Of a DNA stretch of 64,000 nucleotides, positions 54,857 to 64,000 are shown piece by piece (the stretch's first letter is position 1; each line of letters starts with the position of its first letter). The translations under genes and the position numbers were made by a program. The DNA lies in the sequence record LC788711.1. One strand, written 5' to 3'. The stretch comes from Escherichia coli phage NG_S8. The notes under the pieces are model-generated. The model was not told the origin of the DNA. It searched no databases and saw only the letters and a list, made by a program, of their open reading frames with translations.

Positions 54857-55820
54857 TGTAAAAGACTTTATCAAACGTTGTCAAGAAGCGTACTACCAGG
54901 GAATGAGTCTTATTTCCGATGAAGAATATGATCGTCTGATTAAAAGATTCCCACTAGAGGAAGAAATCGGACCGAAAGGTGATATCCCTCATTTGTATCG
55001 TATGTATTCTTTACAGAAAGTCTATTACGATCGTGGTGATAAAGCTCCATTTAACCCATTAGGTCAGGTTGAAACTGATAAGTTAGATGGTTGTGCGATT
55101 TCTCTATTATATATTAATGGTGAATTTGTTCAAGCGTTAACTCGTGGTAACGGTATTCTAGGGAATGATGTAACGCATAATGTTAAAATGCTGAACATTC
55201 CCAAAACTATTTCCCAAAAAGTACCAACTCAAATCACTGGTGAAGTTCTCATTACTAAAGAAGTAGAGAACAAACGTAACTACGCTTCGGGTGCTATTAA
55301 CCTGAAAGATAGTGATGATTTCATGCAACGTATTGGTGAAGGTGGTTTAATCTTCGTTGCATATGGTATCCAGTGTTCAGCGGAAACAGTCGGTATTACA
55401 GAAGCCTATTTAAAAGATATGCTTTGGCTAGAGAATGAGAACTTCTTGACAGTTATTAATGTTCGTTCCTTCTTTAAATGGATTCCGACAGATGGTAAAG
55501 TTGTTCGCATTAACGACAACAATAAATTCTTCCGTGAAGGTTGGACTAATAAATTTCCTCGTGGTGCATTTGCTATTAAAGAGGATGAAGAAGGCGAAAT
55601 TACCACACTTGTTAAAGTTGAATGGCAAGTAGGGGCTTCTGGTAAAGTAACTCCAGTTGGTTATTTCGAACCGGTGATTATTGATGATGCCACAATCGTT
55701 AAAGCAACTCTTAATAACGTTGATTATATTAACGCTCTCGATTTAGAGATCGGTTGCCAGATTCGAGTGATTCGTGCTGGTGGTGTAATCCCTTGTATAG
55801 TAGAGCGAGTATACGACTAA
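54849..55820 (+). CDS. ligA: NAD-dependent DNA ligase, N-terminal adenylation/OB part (323 aa)
   Basis: adenylation motif KLDG (TDKLDGCAISLLY); ends before Zn-finger/HhH/BRCT regions. Confidence 0.75.
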   Translation: MNNVKDFIKRCQEAYYQGMSLISDEEYDRLIKRFPLEEEIGPKGDIPHLYRMYSLQKVYYDRGDKAPFNPLGQVETDKLDGCAISLLYINGEFVQALTRGNGILGNDVTHNVKMLNIPKTISQKVPTQITGEVLITKEVENKRNYASGAINLKDSDDFMQRIGEGGLIFVAYGIQCSAETVGITEAYLKDMLWLENENFLTVINVRSFFKWIPTDGKVVRINDNNKFFREGWTNKFPRGAFAIKEDEEGEITTLVKVEWQVGASGKVTPVGYFEPVIIDDATIVKATLNNVDYINALDLEIGCQIRVIRAGGVIPCIVERVYD

Positions 55821-55963
55821 TTCGTAACCCTTTGCTACCCGTTTACCATGTCGGAATTATAAAGTGGTTATTGACATTTTCGCCGCTTAGGTATATACTA
55901 TTATCATTCAGTTGAGGGATAGAAAGTTATGGCGAGGGTAAGCAAAGTTAGTTAAAATTGTAG

Positions 55964-55992
55964 TTGCTAAATGCTTAAATACTTGCTATAAT
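55964..55992 (+). promoter_or_regulatory. T5-type promoter between the two ligase parts
   Basis: TTGCTA 55964-55969, TATAAT 55987-55992. Confidence 0.6.
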
Positions 55993-56019
55993 ATTTATAT
56001 AAATTGATAAGGAAGAAAT

Positions 56020-56802
56020 TTGATGAAAATCGAAATTCCAACACAATGTCCCTCTTGTGGTTCTAAGCTAGATCTTGTCAACGGGCAATTATTCTGTAGG
56101 AATAAGTCCAACTGTCCAGCGCAATCAAGTAAGTTAATCGAGAACTTCTGCACAAAAATGAAGTTAAAGGGCTTTGGCCCGAAAACTATTGAGAAGCTGG
56201 AGCTGACTAAGATCTCAGAACTGTTTTACCTGACCGAAGAAGATTTGGTCGGAGCTGTGGGTAGCAAGGTTGCCGCTAAATTGATTAGCGAGTTAAATAC
56301 TAAGGTTCGCGGAGACATTAACTTTGGTTCAGTTCTCGGTTCTTTAGGAATTCCTCTTATTGGAGAGGTTGCAGCAAAGAAACTGTCCCAAAATTGCACT
56401 AGCTTCCACGATGTGAAGGCTGACGGCAAGGCTGGAGAAAATTACAAAACCTGGCTAAATTCCCCACAAGGCAAGGATGTTATTGAATTACCGTGGAAAT
56501 TCTCAACGGGTATTCGAGGTGCTAAAGCGGATATCATCATTACAGATGATTTAGTTGCCCAGCCAAATGGAATCACGGTCTGTATTACCGGATCTTTGCA
56601 AGATTTTGCAAATCGAACGGATGCAACAAACTATTTAGAAAGTCTAGGATATACGGTTAAGAAGTCCGTTACCAAAGACGTCAAATACCTAATCTGTGAG
56701 GATGAATCAAAACGTTCTTCCTCATCTTATAAGAAAGCCGAAACGAATGGGATAGAAATCCTGTCGATTAAAGAACTATTGGAGAAAAATAATAATGTCT
56801 AA
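56020..56802 (+). CDS. ligB: NAD-dependent DNA ligase, C-terminal Zn-finger/HhH/BRCT part (260 aa)
   Basis: Cys4 zinc finger CPSCGSKL...CRNKSNCPAQ, HhH-like GFGPKT, BRCT-like C-terminus. Confidence 0.75.
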   Translation: MMKIEIPTQCPSCGSKLDLVNGQLFCRNKSNCPAQSSKLIENFCTKMKLKGFGPKTIEKLELTKISELFYLTEEDLVGAVGSKVAAKLISELNTKVRGDINFGSVLGSLGIPLIGEVAAKKLSQNCTSFHDVKADGKAGENYKTWLNSPQGKDVIELPWKFSTGIRGAKADIIITDDLVAQPNGITVCITGSLQDFANRTDATNYLESLGYTVKKSVTKDVKYLICEDESKRSSSSYKKAETNGIEILSIKELLEKNNNV

Positions 56803-57562
56803 ACTGAACTGGAACGTAGAAGGTGTAACCGAGTCTCTGAAAGCAAAAGCCACTGCTCTGGGTGTTGCTGTAATCTCTCAAGAACAAGTAGCTGCTATCG
56901 CTGCTGAACTGGCTACCGAGACTGGTAAAGACGTTACCGCTCGCTCTGTTGGCTCTAAGCTGCGTAAAGAAGGTTTCGAAGTACAGAAAGCAAACGAAGT
57001 ACAGAAATCCCCGTGGACTCCTGAGCAGGAAGCTGAACTGGTTGATTTCCTGAACGCTCATGCTGGTCAGTATACTTACGCTGAAATCGCTGCTGCTGTA
57101 GCTGGTGGTCAGTTCGGTGCTAAGCAGGTACAAGGTAAGATCCTGAGTCTGGAAATGACTGCTTCTGTTAAGCCAACCGAAAAAGCTGCTGCTGTTCGTT
57201 CCTTTACTCCTGACGAAGAAACTGATTTCGTTAATCAGGTTGTTGCTGGTGCTACTATTGAAGCTATCGCTGCTCACTTCGGTCGCAATATTAAGCAGAT
57301 CCGTGGTAAAGCTCTGAGTCTGCTTCGTGAAGGTCGTATCGCTGCTATGCCGGTACAGGAAACTTCAAGTGCTAAAACTCGTGAAGATCTGTTAGAAGGT
57401 CTGGATCTGGCTAACATGACTGTTGCTGAGATCGCTGAGAAAACTGGTAAGTCTGAGCGCGGTGTTAAATCTATGCTGTCTCGTCGTGGTCTGGTTGCTA
57501 AGGACTATGATGGTGCCGCTAAGCGTGCTAAACTGGATGCAAAAGCTGCGGCTGCTGAATAA
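56795..57562 (+). CDS. repeat-built DNA-binding protein, T5 D5-like (255 aa)
   Basis: four internal repeats of about 60 aa; Ala/Lys-rich with highly biased codons. Confidence 0.55.
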   Translation: MSKLNWNVEGVTESLKAKATALGVAVISQEQVAAIAAELATETGKDVTARSVGSKLRKEGFEVQKANEVQKSPWTPEQEAELVDFLNAHAGQYTYAEIAAAVAGGQFGAKQVQGKILSLEMTASVKPTEKAAAVRSFTPDEETDFVNQVVAGATIEAIAAHFGRNIKQIRGKALSLLREGRIAAMPVQETSSAKTREDLLEGLDLANMTVAEIAEKTGKSERGVKSMLSRRGLVAKDYDGAAKRAKLDAKAAAAE

Positions 57563-57580
57563 TCTGGTAAATTAAACCTA

Positions 57581-57612
57581 AGGGGAGGGGGCTATGCTCC
57601 TTCCCCTTTTTG
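57581..57612 (+). terminator. intrinsic terminator
   Basis: 10-bp GC-rich hairpin followed by ttttt. Confidence 0.65.
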
Positions 57613-57644
57613 CATTTAGAAGGCACGAAAGCGTGCAAAGGAGA

Positions 57645-59117
57645 ATGACCTTGTTTAACGTGCAAGCTGTAGTGTTGAAGATGCTTCTCGCTTCTGGACA
57701 GAAGCAAATAGCATTGGAAACATTCTCAAAACTGCATAAAGATCATTTTAATGACGCTTTCTCCTCAATTTACCAAGCCGTCCAGAATTATTATAAGAAA
57801 TATAACGCAATGCCGTCCATTGACGCACTGATGCTTGAGGCCAATAGGAACGCCCGCCTTTCTCAAGCTCTTGTCGTCTTAGCTAACACTCAAATTCCAG
57901 AAGTGAGCATGGAACAGGCGCTTGAAGTCCTAGAAGCCGAATATACACAGGATCTATTCCTGAAACTTCTAGAAACAGACGTGCTTCAAGATTTAACAAT
58001 GCTGGATCAGGGAGAAATTCTCAACCGAGTTGCCTCCCTTCACTTAAAATTAGAAGAGAAAGTAACGAATACTGGAAAGGTATTCAACGCAGACACAATG
58101 CGTATTTTCCAGAGAGAAGAAGATACCAAACTGAACTTGATCGCTCTTGGTATTTGTAATGAGTTCGACGCTCAAATTGGTTTAGCTCGCACAGAAACGT
58201 TACTGCTTGGTGGTTGGCGTGGTACTGGTAAATCCATTATCTGTTCAAACATACAGGTTCAGCAATATTTGAATGGAGACATTGCTCCATATTTCTCAAT
58301 TGAGATGAAAGAGCACGAAGTGTTTAGACGTAATCTGGCTATGTTAGCTGGAGTATCTGCATTAGCAATGCGTAACAACACTCTTGAAGGTGCTGCTCTG
58401 TTGAGATTAGCCAGAACTAGGGCTAGGATGTTTAATGGTGGTGAAGAGCTTTTCGATAACTTCGTTAAGCAATACACTATGGCTAAAATGAGTGACTTCT
58501 ATGATATGGAAAGTAAACTCCTTGAAGGCTATGAGCTTCACACTCCTATGATCATCGTTTACGATCCTGAACTGTCTATTACGACGGTTGACGTAGAATT
58601 AAATAAACTAGTTGCTAAGTATGGTGATAAGGTTACTGTAGCTCTTCTAGACTATATTAACCAAACAAGACTTCCAGATTCAAAGACCATTGATATGTAT
58701 GACTGGAAAGAACAGATGGTTGTTAGTTCATCTTTCAAATCTATCTGCCAGAAACATAACGTGGCTGGTGTTGCCCCTTACCAGATTGACCAAGATGGTA
58801 GAACGCGTATGTCTAAAGGGATTCTTGATTCCGCAGATATGGCTGCTAATCTTAATGCTGCAAAAGCTGATAACGGTCAAGGTGCTATTATGTTTGACTT
58901 CGTTAAGACTCGTTCCTCTGATAGTGTGAAGTTTATGCCTAAGATGAACTGGGAAACTCTACGAATGGATAACACTACCAACCTAGCAATGGAAGATATT
59001 GCGCAAATGGAAGCTGAGTTCGTTATTCCTATTGAAAAGGATAAACCAGCTCAACCTAAACGTGCTAAGAAAGACAAAGCTGAAAATTCAACAGGTGAAC
59101 AGGCCAGCGATATATGA
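57645..59117 (+). CDS. replicative helicase-like ATPase (about 490 aa)
   Basis: Walker A GGWRGTGKS; AAGGAG RBS before ATG 57645; track ORF starts at 57594. Confidence 0.65.
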   Translation: MTLFNVQAVVLKMLLASGQKQIALETFSKLHKDHFNDAFSSIYQAVQNYYKKYNAMPSIDALMLEANRNARLSQALVVLANTQIPEVSMEQALEVLEAEYTQDLFLKLLETDVLQDLTMLDQGEILNRVASLHLKLEEKVTNTGKVFNADTMRIFQREEDTKLNLIALGICNEFDAQIGLARTETLLLGGWRGTGKSIICSNIQVQQYLNGDIAPYFSIEMKEHEVFRRNLAMLAGVSALAMRNNTLEGAALLRLARTRARMFNGGEELFDNFVKQYTMAKMSDFYDMESKLLEGYELHTPMIIVYDPELSITTVDVELNKLVAKYGDKVTVALLDYINQTRLPDSKTIDMYDWKEQMVVSSSFKSICQKHNVAGVAPYQIDQDGRTRMSKGILDSADMAANLNAAKADNGQGAIMFDFVKTRSSDSVKFMPKMNWETLRMDNTTNLAMEDIAQMEAEFVIPIEKDKPAQPKRAKKDKAENSTGEQASDI

Positions 59118-60004
59118 GTAGAATAACAGAACTACTTGATCTGAAAGGCATTGAATACAAAGACACAGGTGGGGACATCCTCATCTGTTGTCTCAATCCA
59201 GATCATGATGATAAACACCCAAGCTTGCGTATTGACCCTGAATCAGGTATTATGCATTGCTTGAGCTGTGGCTTCGGTAGAGGAATACCGAGCATTTACC
59301 ATTATTTTAATGAGACTCAGTACAGACAGTCACCAAGATTGTCACAAGTACGTAAAAAGATTTCAGAGATTAGGAATGGATCTACGAATCTTGCAATTCC
59401 TGAATCTGCTTACCTTTTCGAAGGTGATTTCCGAGGTATCAGTTCTAAGACCTTGAAGAAATATTTTGCTTTCCAACATCAAGCAGACTGGGAAGGCAGA
59501 ATTGTATTCCCAATAACAGATGCTGTTGGACGCAATATCCTATTTCTGGGACGTTCTATAAACAGTTCTGCCCCTCCTAAATACTTAGTAAAACCAAAAC
59601 AAGTTTCACCACCGATTTTCCCTGTACGATATAATACACCAGTTCTTGTTCTAGTTGAAGGTATCTTTGATATGTTAAATCTAGAAGATAACGGTGTGGA
59701 TTATGCTTCTTGCTGCTTTGGTACACATCAGTTTACATCTGATAACATTGCTGATAAGTTCAGTCCTTACATTATTGCTGGGGTAAGAGTAGTAGTTATC
59801 CTATTAGATAATGATGCCTCTGGTAATAAAGCTGCTCAAGCACTAGCGAAGCTAATTCGTACAAAAACACGTTTAACACCTGTAGTTGGTAACTTCCTTC
59901 TTCCAGAAGGCAAAGACCCAGGTGATTTAAATAAAGAAGAGATCGATATGTTGGCTCAACGTATTGAAATTTTAGTTGCCGAATCGCTCAAAGATTTGGT
60001 ATAA
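59114..60004 (+). CDS. DNA primase, zinc-ribbon plus Toprim (296 aa)
   Basis: CCLNPDHDDKHPSLRI...CLSCGFG zinc ribbon; Toprim-like LVEGIFDM and LLDND. Confidence 0.75.
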   Translation: MSRITELLDLKGIEYKDTGGDILICCLNPDHDDKHPSLRIDPESGIMHCLSCGFGRGIPSIYHYFNETQYRQSPRLSQVRKKISEIRNGSTNLAIPESAYLFEGDFRGISSKTLKKYFAFQHQADWEGRIVFPITDAVGRNILFLGRSINSSAPPKYLVKPKQVSPPIFPVRYNTPVLVLVEGIFDMLNLEDNGVDYASCCFGTHQFTSDNIADKFSPYIIAGVRVVVILLDNDASGNKAAQALAKLIRTKTRLTPVVGNFLLPEGKDPGDLNKEEIDMLAQRIEILVAESLKDLV

Positions 60005-60066
60005 TATATTGGTAAGTTAGAGAAGAAACACTGAAGTTATACTTACTTACCAAAAGGAGACTAAAT

Positions 60067-62634
60067 TTGAAAATTGCAGTAGTTGATAAAGCTCTAAATA
60101 ACACTCGTTATGATAAACACTTCCAGCTTTACGGTGAGGAAGTTGATGTATTCCATATGTGTAACGAGAAGTTATCTGGCCGTTTGCTGAAAAAGCATAT
60201 TACAATCGGAACTCCAGATAACCCGTTCGATCCGAACGATTACGATTTTGTTGTACTAGTTGGTGCTGAACCTTTCCTGTATTTCGCAGGTAAGAAAGGT
60301 ATCGGTGATTATACTGGTAAACGTGTAGAGCATGGCGGCTATGCCAATTGGATTGCAAGTATTAGTCCAGCTCAGTTACACTTTAAACCTGAAATGAAAC
60401 CAGTTTTCGATGCAACTGTAGAAAGTATTCACGATATTATTAATGGTCGTGAGAAGATTGCAAAAGCTGGTGATTATCGTCCTATTACTGATCCAGATGA
60501 AGCTGAAGAATACATCAAGATGGTGTATAACATGGTTATCGGTCCTATCGCATTCGACTCCGAAACCTCAGCTTTGTACGCTCGTGATGGTTATCTGCTT
60601 GGTGTTTCTATATCTCACCAAGAGTACCAGGGTGTTTATATTGACTCTGACAGCATAACCGAAGTAGCTGTACATTATCTCCAGAAAATTCTGGATAGCA
60701 AGAATCATCAGATCGTTTTTCATAACTTGAAGTTCGATATGCACTTTTATTCCTATCACTTAGGACTTTCCTTTGAGAAAGCACATAAAGAGCGTAGACT
60801 TCATGATACCATGTTACAACACTATGTTCTCGATGAACGTCGTGGTACTCACGGCTTGAAATCTCTGGCTATGAAGTATACTGACATGGGCGATTACGAC
60901 TTTGAACTGGATAAGTTCAAGGATGATTATTGCAAAGCACATAAAATCAAGAAAGAAGATTTCAGCTATGATCTGATTCCATTTGATATTATGTGGCCTT
61001 ATGCTGCAAAAGATACCGATGCTACTCTGCGTCTGCATAACTTCTTCTTACCGAAAATTGAGAAGAATGAAAAACTTTGCAGTCTATACTATGATGTTCT
61101 GATGCCTGGTTGCGTATTCCTGCAACGTGTTGAAGATCGTGGTGTACCAATTTCTGTTGATCGCTTGAAAGAAGCTCAGTATCAGTTAACTCACAACCTG
61201 AGCAAGGCTCGTGAAAAGCTGTATACTTATCCAGAAGTCGTTCAGCTAGAGAAAGATCAGAACGAAGCGTTTAACCCGAACTCTGTTAAGCAACTTCGTG
61301 TTCTTCTGTTTGATTATGTTGGTCTGACTCCAACGGGTAAATTGACGGATACAGGTGCAGATTCTACAAACGCAGAAGCTCTGAATGAATTGGCTACTCA
61401 GCACCCGATTGCGAAAACTCTGCTAGAGATTCGTAAGCTGACTAAGCTGATCTCTACTTATGTTGAGAAGATTCTTCTGAGCATCGATGCAGATGGTTAC
61501 ATTCGTACTGGTTTCCACGAACACATGACTACTTCTGGTCGTCTGAGTTCTTCTGGTAAGCTAAACCTGCAACAGTTACCGCGTGATGAATCTATTATCA
61601 AGGGTTGTGTAGTAGCTCCCCCTGGATATCGTGTAATCGCATGGGACTTAACAACTGCGGAAGTTTATTACGCTGCTGTACTGTCTGGTGACAGAAACAT
61701 GCAACAAGTATTTATCAACATGAAGAATGAGCCTGATAAATACCCTGACTTCCACTCAAACATCGCACACATGGTATTTAAACTGACCTGTGAACCACGT
61801 GATGTTAAGAAGCTGTTCCCAGCTCTGCGTCAGGCTGCTAAGGCAATTACCTTCGGTATTCTGTATGGTTCTGGCCCAGCTAAAGTAGCTCATTCTGTTA
61901 ACGAAGCTCTTCTGGAACAGGCTGCTAAGACAGGCGAACCGTTTGTTGAATGTACCGTTGCAGATGCGAAGGACTATATCGAAACTTACTTCGGTCAGTT
62001 CCCTCAGCTTAAGCGTTGGATTGATAAGTGCCACGATCAGATCAAGAACTTTGGATTCATCTATAGTCACTTTGGTCGTAAGCGTCGTCTGCACAACATC
62101 CATTCCGAAGATCGTGGTGTTCAGGGTGAAGAAATCCGTTCTGGATTTAACGCAATCATTCAGTCTGCATCTTCTGATAGCCTGCTGTTAGGTGCTATTG
62201 ATGCTGATGAAGAAATCCTATCCCTGGGTCTAGGAAAAGAGATGAAGATCGTCATGTTGGTTCACGACTCCGTGGTTGCTATTGTACGTGAAGATCTGAT
62301 TGATCAATATAACGAGATTCTGATTCGTAACATCCAGAAGGATCGTGGTATTAGTATCCCTGGCTGCCCAATCGGTATTGATTCTGATTCTGAGAAAGGT
62401 GGTTCTCGTGACTACTCTTGTGGTAAGATGAAGAAACAGCACCCATCAATCGCTTGTATTGATGATGATGAGTATACTCGTTATGTTAAGGGTGTATTAC
62501 TCGATGCAGATTTCGAGTATAAGAAGTTAGCTGCAATGGATAAAGAGCATCCAGACCACAGCAAGTACAAGGATGATAAGTTTATTGCTGTATGTAAAGA
62601 TCTGGATAATGTGAAAAGGATTTTAGGTGCTTGA
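60067..62634 (+). CDS. family A DNA polymerase with 3-prime-5-prime exonuclease domain (855 aa, TTG start)
   Basis: N-terminus recalled as T5 DNA polymerase; exo motif FDSETS; Pol A motifs DYSQIELR-like and KAITFGILYG. Confidence 0.9.
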   Translation: MKIAVVDKALNNTRYDKHFQLYGEEVDVFHMCNEKLSGRLLKKHITIGTPDNPFDPNDYDFVVLVGAEPFLYFAGKKGIGDYTGKRVEHGGYANWIASISPAQLHFKPEMKPVFDATVESIHDIINGREKIAKAGDYRPITDPDEAEEYIKMVYNMVIGPIAFDSETSALYARDGYLLGVSISHQEYQGVYIDSDSITEVAVHYLQKILDSKNHQIVFHNLKFDMHFYSYHLGLSFEKAHKERRLHDTMLQHYVLDERRGTHGLKSLAMKYTDMGDYDFELDKFKDDYCKAHKIKKEDFSYDLIPFDIMWPYAAKDTDATLRLHNFFLPKIEKNEKLCSLYYDVLMPGCVFLQRVEDRGVPISVDRLKEAQYQLTHNLSKAREKLYTYPEVVQLEKDQNEAFNPNSVKQLRVLLFDYVGLTPTGKLTDTGADSTNAEALNELATQHPIAKTLLEIRKLTKLISTYVEKILLSIDADGYIRTGFHEHMTTSGRLSSSGKLNLQQLPRDESIIKGCVVAPPGYRVIAWDLTTAEVYYAAVLSGDRNMQQVFINMKNEPDKYPDFHSNIAHMVFKLTCEPRDVKKLFPALRQAAKAITFGILYGSGPAKVAHSVNEALLEQAAKTGEPFVECTVADAKDYIETYFGQFPQLKRWIDKCHDQIKNFGFIYSHFGRKRRLHNIHSEDRGVQGEEIRSGFNAIIQSASSDSLLLGAIDADEEILSLGLGKEMKIVMLVHDSVVAIVREDLIDQYNEILIRNIQKDRGISIPGCPIGIDSDSEKGGSRDYSCGKMKKQHPSIACIDDDEYTRYVKGVLLDADFEYKKLAAMDKEHPDHSKYKDDKFIAVCKDLDNVKRILGA

Positions 62635-63124
62635 TTTCAAATTGCCCGTATATGCTTTACGGGCGTTTGTATCAATTGAGCAGGAAGGTGATTATTCCGT
62701 AATTACAACAAGATATAATAAATATGTGCTAGATAACAGGGAGTTGCCTGGCACATTCTCTCAACGTAGGTTAGCCTTATTTGAGAAGCGGAAAGAATTA
62801 CCTTATAAGCTCTATCCTATTCGTGGTAGAATATCAATGTTGTCCCAATTAGTTGGGTCAAAGCGTAGCCAGTTCATAGATTCTGATGGAAATCTCATTA
62901 ACTGGAAGAAAACTACGTTCTATGATGTTATCACGTCTAAAGTTCTGCATTCTGCAAGAATTTATAATGGAAAGTATCAATGCTATGTGGCTAAAGTCCC
63001 GTATCCATTCGTGCTATCCTATGTTCCAGCTTATATAAGCTATATTCTGGTAAATAATAGCCCTGTTATTTATCAAGTCCATCAAGAGGAGCCTGAAATT
63101 CCTAGACTTAGAATAAAATTATGA
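62627..63124 (+). CDS. hypothetical protein (165 aa)
   Basis: ORF track. Confidence 0.45.
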   Translation: MLDFKLPVYALRAFVSIEQEGDYSVITTRYNKYVLDNRELPGTFSQRRLALFEKRKELPYKLYPIRGRISMLSQLVGSKRSQFIDSDGNLINWKKTTFYDVITSKVLHSARIYNGKYQCYVAKVPYPFVLSYVPAYISYILVNNSPVIYQVHQEEPEIPRLRIKL

Positions 63125-64000
63125 AGGTTGTTATATCTAATAAAGCCTATTTCAAGCCCGATGATGAACTCTGGGATTATTGTAGTAAGCAAACCACTTA
63201 TCACATCGAGACAATGACTAGTAAATACCCTATTATGTATAAGAATAGTGGTGTTGTTGCTAAAGAGATTAAGTGGATTCCCATTACGCGCCTGGATTTA
63301 CTAGATGCTAAGGGAGTAAAATACGAATTAGTTGATAAACGCACATTAGCTCCGGTAGAAATACCAGAACCTCAGTTCAAGCTACGTGAAGAAGATCAGC
63401 TTCCTATATATGAAGAGTGCGATGATACCTGTATTATTAATGGTAAGCCTGGATTTGGTAAAACTATCCTAGCTCTAGCTCTTGCATATAAGTTTGGCCA
63501 GAAAACTCTGGTAATCTGCACTAACACATCCATTCGTGAAATGTGGGCTGCAGAAGTTCGTAAATGGTTTGGATTCGAGCCGGGTATTATAGGTTCTGGA
63601 AAGTATAACATTGATCCACCAATCGTGGTCAGTAATATACAAACAGTGAACAAACATGCGAATAATCTTTCTAAGGTATTCGGTACTGTTATAGTTGATG
63701 AAGTTCACCACTGTGTAGCTACAACTTTCACTAATTTCCTAGAGATCTCATGTGCTCGCTACAAGATCGGTCTATCAGGTACATTAAAACGTAAAGATGG
63801 GCTACAAGTTATGTTCAAAGATTTCTTTGGATATAAGATCTTTAGTCCCCCTGTTAATAACACTGTTCCACCCACAATCCATAGGTACTCCGTACCTGTC
63901 GAGTTATCAGGAAACCAGAACGTACCATGGGCACTACGTGCTAATGATGTATATAATCATCCTGAATATCGGGAAACTATTATAAACCTAGCACATTTAT
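63121..64000 (+). CDS. SF2 DEAH-box helicase, 5-prime partial (runs off window)
   Basis: Walker A GKPGFGKT and DEVHH box; ATG 63121 overlaps upstream stop. Confidence 0.6.
   Translation, partial: MKVVISNKAYFKPDDELWDYCSKQTTYHIETMTSKYPIMYKNSGVVAKEIKWIPITRLDLLDAKGVKYELVDKRTLAPVEIPEPQFKLREEDQLPIYEECDDTCIINGKPGFGKTILALALAYKFGQKTLVICTNTSIREMWAAEVRKWFGFEPGIIGSGKYNIDPPIVVSNIQTVNKHANNLSKVFGTVIVDEVHHCVATTFTNFLEISCARYKIGLSGTLKRKDGLQVMFKDFFGYKIFSPPVNNTVPPTIHRYSVPVELSGNQNVPWALRANDVYNHPEYRETIINLAHL

Noticed and set aside
60067-60069. TTG start codon of the DNA polymerase gene as a possible annotation error
   Set aside because: An AAAGGAG Shine-Dalgarno lies at the correct spacing and the translated N-terminus matches the polymerase N-terminus as recalled, so the TTG start is accepted.
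1-64000. Integrase, transposase or insertion-sequence hallmarks indicating a prophage or mobile island
   Set aside because: No recombinase-like ORF or terminal inverted repeats were seen; the content fits a virulent phage early region.

Overview
The window reads as the early region of a T5-like (Tequintavirus-type) lytic phage. Basis: the intergenic sequence at 52367-52426 matches, from memory, the classic T5 PN25 promoter and leader; the DNA polymerase N-terminus (MKIAVVDKALNN...) and the 137-aa L-Ala-D-Glu peptidase endolysin are also T5-like. No search could be run, so this identification is inference. Layout: about 1-43.3 kb is transcribed leftward as a dense array of short early genes, almost every one preceded by a near-consensus sigma70 promoter (TTGCTT-17-TATAAT followed by a conserved leader). 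It carries a lysis cassette, ClpP-like and HslV-like peptidases, dNMP kinase, a cluster of about 30 tRNA genes with several non-canonical tRNA-like elements (18.96-29.8 kb), RNase H, and thyA-DHFR-nrdB-nrdA-phoH. From 43.5 kb transcription switches rightward: nrdD, a Sir2-like gene, a large origin-binding-type helicase, a split NAD-dependent ligase, a repeat-built DNA-binding protein, helicase, primase, family A DNA polymerase and the start of a DEAH helicase. Most unusual is a promoter-driven, ORF-free stretch of about 1.1 kb inside the tRNA cluster (29168-30281), a candidate large structured RNA. Other items worth a second look: a type II tRNA carrying an Asn anticodon, several degenerate tRNA-like elements, a frameshifted HAD-type phosphatase next to Sir2, and long non-coding leaders at 1-655 and 48736-49351. 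All coordinates for tRNAs, promoters and terminators were derived by hand and may be off by a few bases; tRNA anticodons are manual readings.
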